This document shows positions 37,984 through 46,578 of a stretch of 64,000 bases of DNA, piece after piece. Numbering within the stretch: position 1 is the first letter of the stretch; each line of letters opens with the position of its first letter. The notes under the pieces were generated by a model, which was not told the origin of the DNA, did not search any database, and saw nothing but the letters and a program-made list of their open reading frames with translations. The DNA comes from Candidatus Hadarchaeales archaeon (GTDB lineage: Archaea; Hadarchaeota; Hadarchaeia; Hadarchaeales; WYZ-LMO6). The position numbers and the translations under genes were made by a program. The stretch is taken from the NCBI GenBank assembly GCA_038851755.1, contig JAWCKR010000001.1:1-64000 (forward strand), written 5' to 3'.

Positions 37984-38765
37984 CAGCTTCCCCCCGCTTT
38001 CTCCCAAGCGAAGAGGGCCGCCCCCAGGGCCCCCACCAGCTGGGGGTCGAAGTCCAGCCTGATGAGGGGAACGCCCAGCATCTCCTCCAGGTACCTCACC
38101 ACCCCCACGTTCTTCGCCACCCCGCCGGAGAGGACCACCTCCCTCTCCACCCCCACCCTGGAGGCCAGCGCCTTCACCCTCGCCGCCATGGCCTGGTTCA
38201 CGCCGGCCGCCACATCCTCGGCGCTCGCTCCCTCCGCCAGCTGGGTGAGGACCTCCGACTGGGCGTAGACCGCGCAGACGTTGGTGATGGGTATGGGCTT
38301 CCCGGAGGAGAGGGAAAGCCTTCCGAGCTCTTCCACCCCCACTCCCAGCGTCTTGGCCATCAGCTCCAGGAACCTCCCCGTCCCCGCCGCGCACTTGTCG
38401 TTCATGACGAAGTTCACCAGCCTCCCCTCCCCGTCCACCCTTATCACCTTGCAGTCCTGCCCCCCTATGTCTATCACGGTCCTCACGGAGGGGAGGAGCC
38501 AGTGGGCCCCCCTTCCGTGGCAGGAGATCTCCGACACGTTCTCCCCTGCGAAGGGAATCCTCACCCTGCCGTAACCCGTCCCCACGCAGTAGGCCACCTC
38601 CTCCCACCTCCTCCCCGCCTTCCTCAGGGCCTCCTCCATCACCTCCCTCGCCGAGAGCTCCGGCCTGGGTTTGACCCTCCTCACCTCGTGGGAGAGGATG
38701 CGGCCGTCCTCCAGCAAGAGGGCCTTGGCGGTGAGGGAGCCCACGTCGCAGCCCGCCACCAGCAT
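37983..38765 (-). CDS. ATP-dependent activase (BcrAD/BadFG/HgdC family)
   Basis: GCDVGS, GTGYGR, EISCH, DIGGQD, MNDKCAAGTG, CAVYAQSEV, GGVAKN. Confidence 0.92.
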   Translation of the reverse strand: MLVAGCDVGSLTAKALLLEDGRILSHEVRRVKPRPELSAREVMEEALRKAGRRWEEVAYCVGTGYGRVRIPFAGENVSEISCHGRGAHWLLPSVRTVIDIGGQDCKVIRVDGEGRLVNFVMNDKCAAGTGRFLELMAKTLGVGVEELGRLSLSSGKPIPITNVCAVYAQSEVLTQLAEGASAEDVAAGVNQAMAARVKALASRVGVEREVVLSGGVAKNVGVVRYLEEMLGVPLIRLDFDPQLVGALGAALFAWEKAGGS

Positions 38766-38766
38766 G

Positions 38767-40143
38767 CTAACCCAGCCCCATCGTCTCGTTGAACTCTAAA
38801 ATCCTGCGCTTGATCTCGGAAACGGGGCTTACCCTGAAGTCCCAGCAGTCGGCTTCTATCCGGAGGCAGGGGAGGCCCGTCTCCCTCTGCAGCGCCCTTA
38901 TGAAGGCCTGGAAGCCCCCCCAGGTGTTCTTGCATGCGGGGTGGCCCGCGAACACGAAGCAGTCCCCTCCCCACTGCTCCACGCACCACACGTAGTCCTC
39001 CAGCCACTGCTCCGGGAAGTCCATGGGTCCCCTCTGCTGCCTGGTCATGGGGTAGTTCCAGCACCTCTGCGCCAGCCCCTCTAGCATGGTCTCCGGGGAG
39101 GAGGTGTCGACGGGCCTCTCCGCGTGGAAGAGGGTGAGGATGTCCACCACGTAGCTCATCCCGTTCTCCTCCAGCCAGAACCAGAGGTCCATGCTGGGGG
39201 AGTAGAAGCCCGTGTACACCCAGATCTGCCTGATGCGCTCCTCCGGCTTCGCCCCCTCCTTCCTCCTCAGCCTGTCCTTGGAGGCCTCCAGCACCGTTTC
39301 AAAGAGCCTGGTCCCCTGTGGGGTCCCCACCGAGCTGAACTTCACGGCCTGCAGGAAGACGTTGAAGCAGGAGTGGACGGGGTTAGGGCGAGCCCTCTTC
39401 AGGTCGTTGATCTCCAGGTAGTGCTTCCTGCACTTCTCGCTCTCCTCCACCACCTCCCTCAGCCTCTCCTCCTCCAGCTTCCTCCCGGCGAACTCCTCCA
39501 GTTTCCTCACCTGATGTTTGTACTCCTTGACGTAGTAGTCGAAGGCCCTCTCCCCGTGGTAGGTGGGACAGTCTATTCCCAGGTAAGGCACCCCCAGGCG
39601 GACGGCCATGTACTCGTAGAGCTTGGAGTTGGCGTCGCAGCTCCCCGGAGCGGCGGTGACCACCAGGTCAGGGCGGAGGCCGAGGCCCTTCAGGATGGCC
39701 CCGCAGGCCGCCCTCTGCGAGGTGCACATGGTCTCGAGCAGTCCCTCCTCCACGCTCCAGTCGAAGTACACGTGGGGGTCTTCCAGGAAGATGGTGGCGA
39801 AGGAGGTGAGCACCTCCGGCACCAGCGGGACGAGGTCCAGCGCATACAGAACTTCGGGGGCGGTGTTGAAGCTGGAGAGCACCACCTTCTTCCCCTCCTC
39901 CTTCGCCCCCCTCACCATCCCCAGGTACCAGCCGGCCCACCTGGACACCTCCAGGGCCACCCTCCGGATGGCGGGGTCGGAGAGGAAGAGGTGCCTCAGG
40001 ACCTCGGCCTGGGAGGGAACGGCCGCCACCAGGTCCTCCAGCTCCCTCTCCGTCACATCCTCAGGGATGGAGGAAGCCAGGGAAAGGAGGGTGAAGAGCC
40101 TCTCCTCGAGCGGCAGCTGCCTAGCCTCTTCCACCACCCTCAC
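38767..40143 (-). CDS. 2-hydroxyacyl-CoA dehydratase / benzoyl-CoA reductase subunit (HgdA/BcrB/BzdO-like)
   Basis: APEVLYALD, MCTSQR, SCD, HPACK, IEADCWD. Confidence 0.85.
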   Translation of the reverse strand: MRVVEEARQLPLEERLFTLLSLASSIPEDVTERELEDLVAAVPSQAEVLRHLFLSDPAIRRVALEVSRWAGWYLGMVRGAKEEGKKVVLSSFNTAPEVLYALDLVPLVPEVLTSFATIFLEDPHVYFDWSVEEGLLETMCTSQRAACGAILKGLGLRPDLVVTAAPGSCDANSKLYEYMAVRLGVPYLGIDCPTYHGERAFDYYVKEYKHQVRKLEEFAGRKLEEERLREVVEESEKCRKHYLEINDLKRARPNPVHSCFNVFLQAVKFSSVGTPQGTRLFETVLEASKDRLRRKEGAKPEERIRQIWVYTGFYSPSMDLWFWLEENGMSYVVDILTLFHAERPVDTSSPETMLEGLAQRCWNYPMTRQQRGPMDFPEQWLEDYVWCVEQWGGDCFVFAGHPACKNTWGGFQAFIRALQRETGLPCLRIEADCWDFRVSPVSEIKRRILEFNETMGLG

Positions 40144-40456
40144 CCCTCTCGGCGAGCCTTCTCATTTCCCTCTCCTCCAGCCTTGGGCGGAGGTAGACCG
40201 CGTATCCCCCCTGGGTCCTCTCCACCATCACCTTCCATCCACCCCTCTCCCCCTCCTCCCTCTCCGATTGGCCCTTCACCACCCGATGCAGCATCTCCTC
40301 CATCCCCTCCAAGAGCTCCTCGGGAAGCCTGGGCCTGAAGTCGGGACAGAGCCTCAGGCTGGCGGGGTTCTCCTCGGTTCCCTTCAGCTGACACCTTATC
40401 TTCTCCCACTCCTCCCATCTCGCCCAGAAACAGTCACCGCATCTCACGGGGCTCAT
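40121..40456 (-). CDS. Small 4-Cys protein (111 aa)
   Basis: ATG at 40456 overlaps the upstream stop (ATGA); CGDC-X12-C-X14-CPDF; fills the gap in the operon. Confidence 0.6.
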   Translation of the reverse strand: MSPVRCGDCFWARWEEWEKIRCQLKGTEENPASLRLCPDFRPRLPEELLEGMEEMLHRVVKGQSEREEGERGGWKVMVERTQGGYAVYLRPRLEEREMRRLAERGEGGGRG

Positions 40457-41577
40457 TTTCCCAGCCTCTCCAGGAAGGCCTGGACCCTGGTCCTGATCCT
40501 CCCCACCTCCGCCAGGGGGCCGTACTGCCTCTCCAGGAGCAGGGTGGGCACGCCCTCCTCCTCCAGCCTCCTGGCGAAGAGGGTGTTGTCCCCCCCGTGC
40601 GTGTCGCAAAACTTCATGTGTTCCAGGATTACCCCCTCCACCCTCCACTCCTTGATCAGCCTCCTCAAAAAGCTGAGCTTCCTCTCGAACTCCCCGTAGG
40701 TCCTGGCGCAAGGCATGTGATAGTAGTACCTCCTGACCAGCGCCTCGAAGGGATCCCCCTTTTCCTCCACCAGATCCACGATGGACCTCATGCCGAAGCA
40801 GAGGGAGTCCGTGACCACCAGACCCCCCTGCCCCTCTATCACCCTCACCAGCTCCGGATCATCGTTCACGCTCCCCACGAGCATCAGCCTGGTCCCTTGG
40901 TGCTCCTTCCCCCTTCCCTCGATTTCTTCTAGGGCCTCCTCCAGCAGACGGTTGTAGACCTCCCTCCTCATGGCCGTGCTCGCCACGTGGAGGGCCAGGG
41001 CCTCCTGCCCGGAAACGGGAGGCTTCTCCCTCTTTCTCCTCTCGTTCAGCTCCAGCAGGAGCCTCCTCCCCCTGTTGTACTCCCTTATGGCCTCCTCCAG
41101 CTTCTCTCCCGTGAGCTTCGTCCCGAAGTGCCTCTCCAGGGCGCCCAGAAGGGAGGAGATCTCCCCCCGGTAGAACTCCAGCCCGTGCTCCGTGAGGGTG
41201 TGGGGAATCCCGAAGTAGTAGAAGAAGGGGGGGAGGTTCCCCGCAGCCTTCCAGCAATCGTACATCCTCCTCACGTGGTCGCAGGTGCGGGAGATCACGG
41301 CCCCGTCCAGGAAGCCGTACTTCCCCTCCAGCACCAGCTGCAGGCAGCAGCGTGTGTAGCTGCAGTTGACGGGACCGTACCAGGCATCCGCCAGGGGGGT
41401 CCCGGAGCACCCCGTCCCCCTTATCCTGAAGGGGAGCATGCCGAGGGCGTGGACGAGCTCCTCCGGGAAGTAGCTGCAGGTGTAGCCTATGACCCTTCCT
41501 CCCCCCCTCTTCCACTCCTCCACATGGGGGTTGGAAATCCCAGAGGAGACCTGCACCAGAGTTTCGAAACTCCTCAC
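40453..41577 (-). CDS. 2-hydroxyacyl-CoA dehydratase / benzoyl-CoA reductase subunit (HgdB/BcrC/BzdN-like)
   Basis: IGYTCSYFPEE, NCSY, TCD, KFCD, TRVQAFLE; GTG start at 41577 is approximate. Confidence 0.88.
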   Translation of the reverse strand: MRSFETLVQVSSGISNPHVEEWKRGGGRVIGYTCSYFPEELVHALGMLPFRIRGTGCSGTPLADAWYGPVNCSYTRCCLQLVLEGKYGFLDGAVISRTCDHVRRMYDCWKAAGNLPPFFYYFGIPHTLTEHGLEFYRGEISSLLGALERHFGTKLTGEKLEEAIREYNRGRRLLLELNERRKREKPPVSGQEALALHVASTAMRREVYNRLLEEALEEIEGRGKEHQGTRLMLVGSVNDDPELVRVIEGQGGLVVTDSLCFGMRSIVDLVEEKGDPFEALVRRYYYHMPCARTYGEFERKLSFLRRLIKEWRVEGVILEHMKFCDTHGGDNTLFARRLEEEGVPTLLLERQYGPLAEVGRIRTRVQAFLERLGK

Positions 41578-41634
41578 CCAAAAGGATGGGACCGCAGGCT
41601 TAAGTTTTTTTGGGAAGAGGGAAAAGGGAGAGGG

Positions 41635-42831
41635 ATGGGGGACAAGAAGGTTGTGGTCCTGGGCGGCGGCGGGGTGGTGGGGAGAACCGCCGTGAGGGAC
41701 CTGGCCAGGAGCGGGACCTTCTCCGAGGTGGTGGTGGCCGACAAGGAGGTGGAAAAAGCCAAAAAGTACCTGGAGGGGATCCCACACCTCTCCTTCGTGA
41801 AAACGGACATCACGGAGCTTGCCACCCTCCGGGAGGTGATGAAGGGAGCGGATGTGGTGCTCAACACCGTGGGGCCCTTCTACAAGTTCGGTCCCCTCCT
41901 CACCAGGGAGGCCATCCGGGCGGGAGTGGATTACGTGGATATCTGCGACGACTACGAGGCCACGCTGGAGCAGCTGGAGATGGACGAGGAGGCCAAGAAG
42001 AGAGGGGTGACCGTCCTCACGGGGATGGGTTCTTCGCCCGGCGTGGCCAACGTGGTGGCCAAGTTCTGCTGCCAGCTCCTGGACCAGCCGGAGGAGATCC
42101 ACATCTACCACATCCACGGGGGAGAGCCCGACGAGGGGCCCGCGGTGATCTACCACCGCATCCACTACATGGTGGGGAAGATACCCATGCTGAGGGACGG
42201 GAAAATGGTGTACTTCGGGTTCTTCAGCGAGGAGGGGGAGAGGGAGATAGAGGAGGTGGACTTCTACGACCCCATAGGGGTGGTGAAGGTTTATCCGTAC
42301 CCCCATCCGGAGACCATCACCCTCCCCCGCTACATCCCCGGCCTGAAGAGGGTCACCAACAAGGGAGCCGTCCTGCCCCTGGAGTACTACGAGCTCCTGC
42401 GGGAGGCCGTGAGGATGGGGCTGGCCGACGAGAAGCCCCTGAGGGTGGGGGGAGCCTCCGTGGCCCCCATCGACTTCCTGGTCTCCTTCGTCCTCTCCAG
42501 AAGGAGGGAATATGCAGGCAAGCTGCCCGAACCGCTGGGGTGCCTGAAAATCGTGGTGAGGGGGAAGAAGGAGGGGAAGAGGATGGAGTACAGGTTCGCC
42601 ACGCCCTCCAGGGGGGCGGGGATGGGGGAGGGAACGGCCATCCCCGCCTCGGTGGGTACGCAGATGGTGGCCAGGGGGGAGATCGAGGAGAAGGGGGTCC
42701 TCCCCCCCGAGGCTTGCGTGGACCCCATGAGGTTCTTCGAGGCGGTGAGGAGCAGGGAGGGGATGGGAGGCGTCAAAATCATCTTCGAAAACGTGGACGA
42801 GAAGGGAAAGGTGACGCGGATACCCCTCTGA
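41635..42831 (+). CDS. Saccharopine dehydrogenase-like oxidoreductase
   Basis: VLGGGGVVG, NTVGPFY, YVDICDD, GMGSSPG, PHPETITL, GVLPPE. Confidence 0.87.
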   Translation: MGDKKVVVLGGGGVVGRTAVRDLARSGTFSEVVVADKEVEKAKKYLEGIPHLSFVKTDITELATLREVMKGADVVLNTVGPFYKFGPLLTREAIRAGVDYVDICDDYEATLEQLEMDEEAKKRGVTVLTGMGSSPGVANVVAKFCCQLLDQPEEIHIYHIHGGEPDEGPAVIYHRIHYMVGKIPMLRDGKMVYFGFFSEEGEREIEEVDFYDPIGVVKVYPYPHPETITLPRYIPGLKRVTNKGAVLPLEYYELLREAVRMGLADEKPLRVGGASVAPIDFLVSFVLSRRREYAGKLPEPLGCLKIVVRGKKEGKRMEYRFATPSRGAGMGEGTAIPASVGTQMVARGEIEEKGVLPPEACVDPMRFFEAVRSREGMGGVKIIFENVDEKGKVTRIPL

Positions 42832-42869
42832 CCCAAACTTTTTTCCCCAAAAAACACGAGTTCTTCTGA

Positions 42870-44168
42870 ATGTTCAAGTGGAGGGAAAGGGAGTACGAGG
42901 AACTTGAAGCCCAGCCCGAGGCCCTCCCTGAAGGTGTGGATCCCGAGGAGTACGTCATCGCCACCTACTTCCTCTCCCTGCCCTCCGCCCTGGACCCCTG
43001 GGACGTGGCCAGGGCGCTCGCCATAGAACAAAGCACAGGCACGTGGGTGCCCGTCCCGGGAGAGACCCCGGAGGTGAGGAAAAAGCACGTGGCGAAGGTG
43101 GTGGGGCTGTACGAAACGCCCTATCCCGAGGTCCTCGCCCCCACGGAAGCCAGGGAGAGGAACTACGTGGTGCAAATCGCCTTCCCCCAGGTGAACTTCG
43201 GGAAGCAAATCCCCATGCTCCTCTCCACCGTGGCCGGGAACCTCATGTGCTGGGAGAAGATAAAGCTCCTGGACCTTCGCTTCCCCAAGAGCTTCTTGGA
43301 GGGCTTCAAGGGCCCCAAGTTCGGGATAGAGGGGGTGAGGAAGCTGCTGGGGGTGAGGGAGAGGCCCCTGATCAACAACATGATCAAACCCTGCACGGGC
43401 TTCACCCCAGAGGTGGGCGCGAGGCTGGCCTACGAGGCGGCGGTGGGCGGGGTGGACATGATCAAGGACGACGAACTCCTCGGCAACCCCCCCTTCAACC
43501 CGATAGAGGAGAGGGTCCCGAAGTACATGGAGGCGCTGGACAGGGCGGACAGGGAGAAGGGGGAAAAGACCCTCTACACGGTCAACGTCACGGATGAGGC
43601 CTCCAGGGTGCTGGAGAACGCGGACAGGGCCCTGGAGCTGGGAGCCAACGCCCTCATGATCAACTACCTCACCGCCGGAATCTCCCTCCTCAGGGAGCTG
43701 GCGGAGGACCCGAGCATCAACGTCCCCATCCTGGCCCACATGGACTTCTCGGGCGCCATGTACGTCTCCCCCTACTCCGGCCTCTCCTCCTCCCTCCTGC
43801 TGGGGAAGCTGCCCAGGCTGGCCGGTGCCGACATCGTGGTCTACCCCGCCCCCTACGGGAAGGCCCCCTTCATGAAGGAGAGGTACGTGAGGATAGCCCA
43901 CCACCTGACCTTCCCCTTCCACCACCTCCGCCCGACCTTCCCCATGCCCAGCGGAGGGATCACGCCCTCCATGGTTCCCGAGGTGATGGGTGACCTGGGA
44001 AGGGACATCGTGATAGGCACGGGAGGAGGAATCCATGCCCATCCGATGGGCCCCAGGGCGGGGGCGAGGGCCTTCAGGCTTGCCGTGGAGGCGGCGATGA
44101 AGGGGATGAGCCTGCAGGAGATGGCCAGGGAACACGAGGAGCTGAGGGTGGCCCTCCAGATGGGCTGA
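42870..44168 (+). CDS. RuBisCO-like protein (form IV)
   Basis: EQSTGTW, GPKFG, IKPCTG, MIKDDE, RLAGAD, GK, PSGG, GGGIHAHP; HMDFSG replaces HRAMH. Confidence 0.92.
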   Translation: MFKWREREYEELEAQPEALPEGVDPEEYVIATYFLSLPSALDPWDVARALAIEQSTGTWVPVPGETPEVRKKHVAKVVGLYETPYPEVLAPTEARERNYVVQIAFPQVNFGKQIPMLLSTVAGNLMCWEKIKLLDLRFPKSFLEGFKGPKFGIEGVRKLLGVRERPLINNMIKPCTGFTPEVGARLAYEAAVGGVDMIKDDELLGNPPFNPIEERVPKYMEALDRADREKGEKTLYTVNVTDEASRVLENADRALELGANALMINYLTAGISLLRELAEDPSINVPILAHMDFSGAMYVSPYSGLSSSLLLGKLPRLAGADIVVYPAPYGKAPFMKERYVRIAHHLTFPFHHLRPTFPMPSGGITPSMVPEVMGDLGRDIVIGTGGGIHAHPMGPRAGARAFRLAVEAAMKGMSLQEMAREHEELRVALQMG

Positions 44169-44177
44169 GGGGGTCCC

Positions 44178-45677
44178 TTGGGGTACATCCTGGCCCACGA
44201 CCTGGGAACGGAACTGAACAAGGCCGCCCTGGTGGACGAGGAGGGGAGGATAGCGGCCTACTGCACCCAGGAGTACTCCGTTTCCTATCCCAGACCGGGC
44301 TGGGCGGAGCAGGACCCGGAGCTCTGGTGGAGGGCCGTCAGGGAGACCACGAGGAAGGTCCTGGGGCTTGCGAGGGTCAAGCCCGAGGAAGTGGAGGCCC
44401 TGGTCTTCGACAGCATGATGTACACGCTGGTGGCGGTGGACCGGGAGGGGAGACCCCTGAGGCCCGCCATCCTCTGGCTGGACACCAGGGCGAAGGTCCA
44501 AGCGGAGGAGCTGATGGGAAGCCTGGACCTGCTGGGCATGCTGGACAGGGGGGTCATCCCACCCACCTCGGCCAAGGACATCACACCCAAGATCCTGTGG
44601 GTGAAACAGGAGGAGCCCGAGGTCTTCGAGAGGGCCCGCTTCATCGACAGCAAGGACTATCTGGTCCACCGGTGCGTGGGTGACTTCTACACGGACTGGA
44701 GCTGCGCCAGCCTCTTCTGCCTCTTCAACTTCAGGGAGAAGAAGTGGGAGGAGGAGCTGGTGGAGGAGATGGGTCTCTCCCTCGACAGGCTCTCCAAACC
44801 CGTGAAGAGCACGGAGGTGGTGGGGAACCTCACGGAGGAGGCCTCCAGGGAGCTGGGGCTCCCCAGGAAGGTGGAGGTGGTCTGCGGGTCGGGGGATGCC
44901 ACCGCCGTGGCGGTGGGGGCGGGGGGACCCCACCTGTACATAGGCACCTCGGCCTGGATAGGGGCCCACGTGGAGGAGCCCCTCTTCGACCTCACGGGGG
45001 TGGGAAGCATCTGTGCCGCCGATCCCTCCAAGTTCTTCCTGATAGGGGAGATGGAGAACGCCGGGGCCTGCCTGAAGTGGTTCAGGGAGACCCTGGCGAG
45101 GGAGGAAAGGGAGAGGGCGGAGAGGGAGGGGAAGGGCCCCTACCAGCTCCTGGACGAGCTGGCCGCCGGTGTGGAGGCGGGGTCCGGAAAGCTCCTCTTC
45201 CTCCCCTGGATGATGGGGGAGAGGTGCCCCTTCACCCAGTCCACTGCCCGAGGGGCCTTCCTGAACCTCACCTTCGGGCACACCAAGGGGCACCTGGTGA
45301 GGGCGGTGCTGGAGGGCGTGGCCTACCACATGAGGTGGATCCTGGAGGTGGTGGAGGGGATGGGGCTCTCCCTCCCCTCCCTCAGGGCCTGCGGAGGAGG
45401 GGCGAAGAGCGAGGTCTGGCTCCAGATCTTCGCCGACGTGATGGGGAAAAAGGTGGAGAGGGTCTCCTCCCCCCACCACGTGGGCTCCCTGGGGGCGGCC
45501 ACCATAGCCAGGGTGGGTCTGGGGAAGACGGACTTCCCCTCCGCGGAGAGGTCCGTGAGGGTGGAAGGGGAGTTTCTCCCCTCCGAGAAGGACCGTGAAA
45601 TCTACGACAGGATGTACGGGGAGTTCAAGGGGATGCAGGGGAGGCTGTCGGAGGTCTTCGAGCGCCTGAACACCTAG
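44178..45677 (+). CDS. FGGY-family carbohydrate kinase (xylulokinase-like)
   Basis: HDLGT, GWAEQDP, ILWLDTR, GSGD, IGTS, GERCP, RAVLEGVA, GGGAKS. Confidence 0.9.
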   Translation: MGYILAHDLGTELNKAALVDEEGRIAAYCTQEYSVSYPRPGWAEQDPELWWRAVRETTRKVLGLARVKPEEVEALVFDSMMYTLVAVDREGRPLRPAILWLDTRAKVQAEELMGSLDLLGMLDRGVIPPTSAKDITPKILWVKQEEPEVFERARFIDSKDYLVHRCVGDFYTDWSCASLFCLFNFREKKWEEELVEEMGLSLDRLSKPVKSTEVVGNLTEEASRELGLPRKVEVVCGSGDATAVAVGAGGPHLYIGTSAWIGAHVEEPLFDLTGVGSICAADPSKFFLIGEMENAGACLKWFRETLAREERERAEREGKGPYQLLDELAAGVEAGSGKLLFLPWMMGERCPFTQSTARGAFLNLTFGHTKGHLVRAVLEGVAYHMRWILEVVEGMGLSLPSLRACGGGAKSEVWLQIFADVMGKKVERVSSPHHVGSLGAATIARVGLGKTDFPSAERSVRVEGEFLPSEKDREIYDRMYGEFKGMQGRLSEVFERLNT

Positions 45678-46096
45678 ATGTCCACCACCACCTGAACGAA
45701 GGCCCTGTCCCCTTCCTTCCCGACCTCCATCAGGTGGTAGGTCACGGCCTTGACCGCCGTCCTCTCCTCGTGCTTTTTCGGATCGAACCTCTCCCCCCAG
45801 GCCCTCCCCCTCAGTTTCCACCTGCCACCCTCCTCCCCCACCTCCGCCCGGAAGCGTGAGAAGAGGAGCCCCTCGGCGTCCCTGAAGTAGAGGAGCCTGT
45901 CCAGCCAGTCGTAGAGGAGGGCCTGCTCGTCCTCCGCCTCCAGCTCCACCCCCACCTCCTCCCTGGCCTCCACCCTCCCCGTGTCCGTCATGACCTCGAA
46001 GAGGGCCAGGGCAGCGTTCTCGAAGGCCTCACCCAGGTCCTTACCGTAGGCCCTGAAGCCTATGTCAGAAGGATGCTCCACCCACTTGAACTTCAT
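45674..46096 (-). CDS. Archease
   Basis: EHPSD, EAFENAA, VKAVTYH, VVDI. Confidence 0.92.
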   Translation of the reverse strand: MKFKWVEHPSDIGFRAYGKDLGEAFENAALALFEVMTDTGRVEAREEVGVELEAEDEQALLYDWLDRLLYFRDAEGLLFSRFRAEVGEEGGRWKLRGRAWGERFDPKKHEERTAVKAVTYHLMEVGKEGDRAFVQVVVDI

Positions 46097-46126
46097 CTCC
46101 CTACCTCGGAGGGAAGGGGTAAAGGG

Positions 46127-46537
46127 TCACCGGTGCCCTTTTTTCTCCCTCTCGAGCACCTTCTCCAGCTTCTCGTCCAGCTCCCTGAGCCTGGCCTCCA
46201 GCTCCTCCGTCCTGGAACCGCCGGAGCCGCGGATGATGAAGCCCGCCAGCAGACCTATGAGGCTGGCGTACAGGCAGATCCCGGAGATCATCAGACCCAT
46301 CGCCAGTACCTTCCCTCCCGTGGTCACCACCACGATGTTCCCGAAGCCCACCGTGCTCTCGATGGAAAGGGCAAGGAAGAGGGCGTCCAGGAAACCCAGG
46401 AGGTTGGGGTTTTCACCGTGCTCCACCGCGTAGAGCACCAGGGCCCCCACCACCGTCACCAGGAGGAAGGCCAGTACCACGTATCCCACCTTGCTTCTCC
46501 TCAGGAAGCCCAGCGCCCTCCCCGCCGCGACCCTCAT
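46127..46537 (-). CDS. Two-TM potassium channel family protein
   Basis: TM-pore-TM with STVGFG filter and C-terminal coiled coil; no RCK domain. Confidence 0.8.
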   Translation of the reverse strand: MRVAAGRALGFLRRSKVGYVVLAFLLVTVVGALVLYAVEHGENPNLLGFLDALFLALSIESTVGFGNIVVVTTGGKVLAMGLMISGICLYASLIGLLAGFIIRGSGGSRTEELEARLRELDEKLEKVLEREKKGHR

Positions 46538-46578
46538 CCCTTACAATGTCCTAACCTTTCCCTAAATACCCGGCAAGG

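Noticed and set aside
41578-42306. Extensions of the HAD subunit (to 42306) and of the dehydrogenase (from 40987)
   Set aside because: Each is antisense to the other gene; family motifs begin near 41577 and 41635.
42870-44168. Bona fide form III RuBisCO or CO2 fixation
   Set aside because: KPCTG and HMDFSG substitutions indicate form IV; no AMP phosphorylase or R15P isomerase in the window.
42387-45821. Long antisense or off-frame ORFs (1144 aa here; also 5977-8688, 10520-12460, 53530-55641, 57729-59906)
   Set aside because: They shadow well-supported genes, have low-complexity G/P/H/L/S composition and no motifs; expected at high GC.
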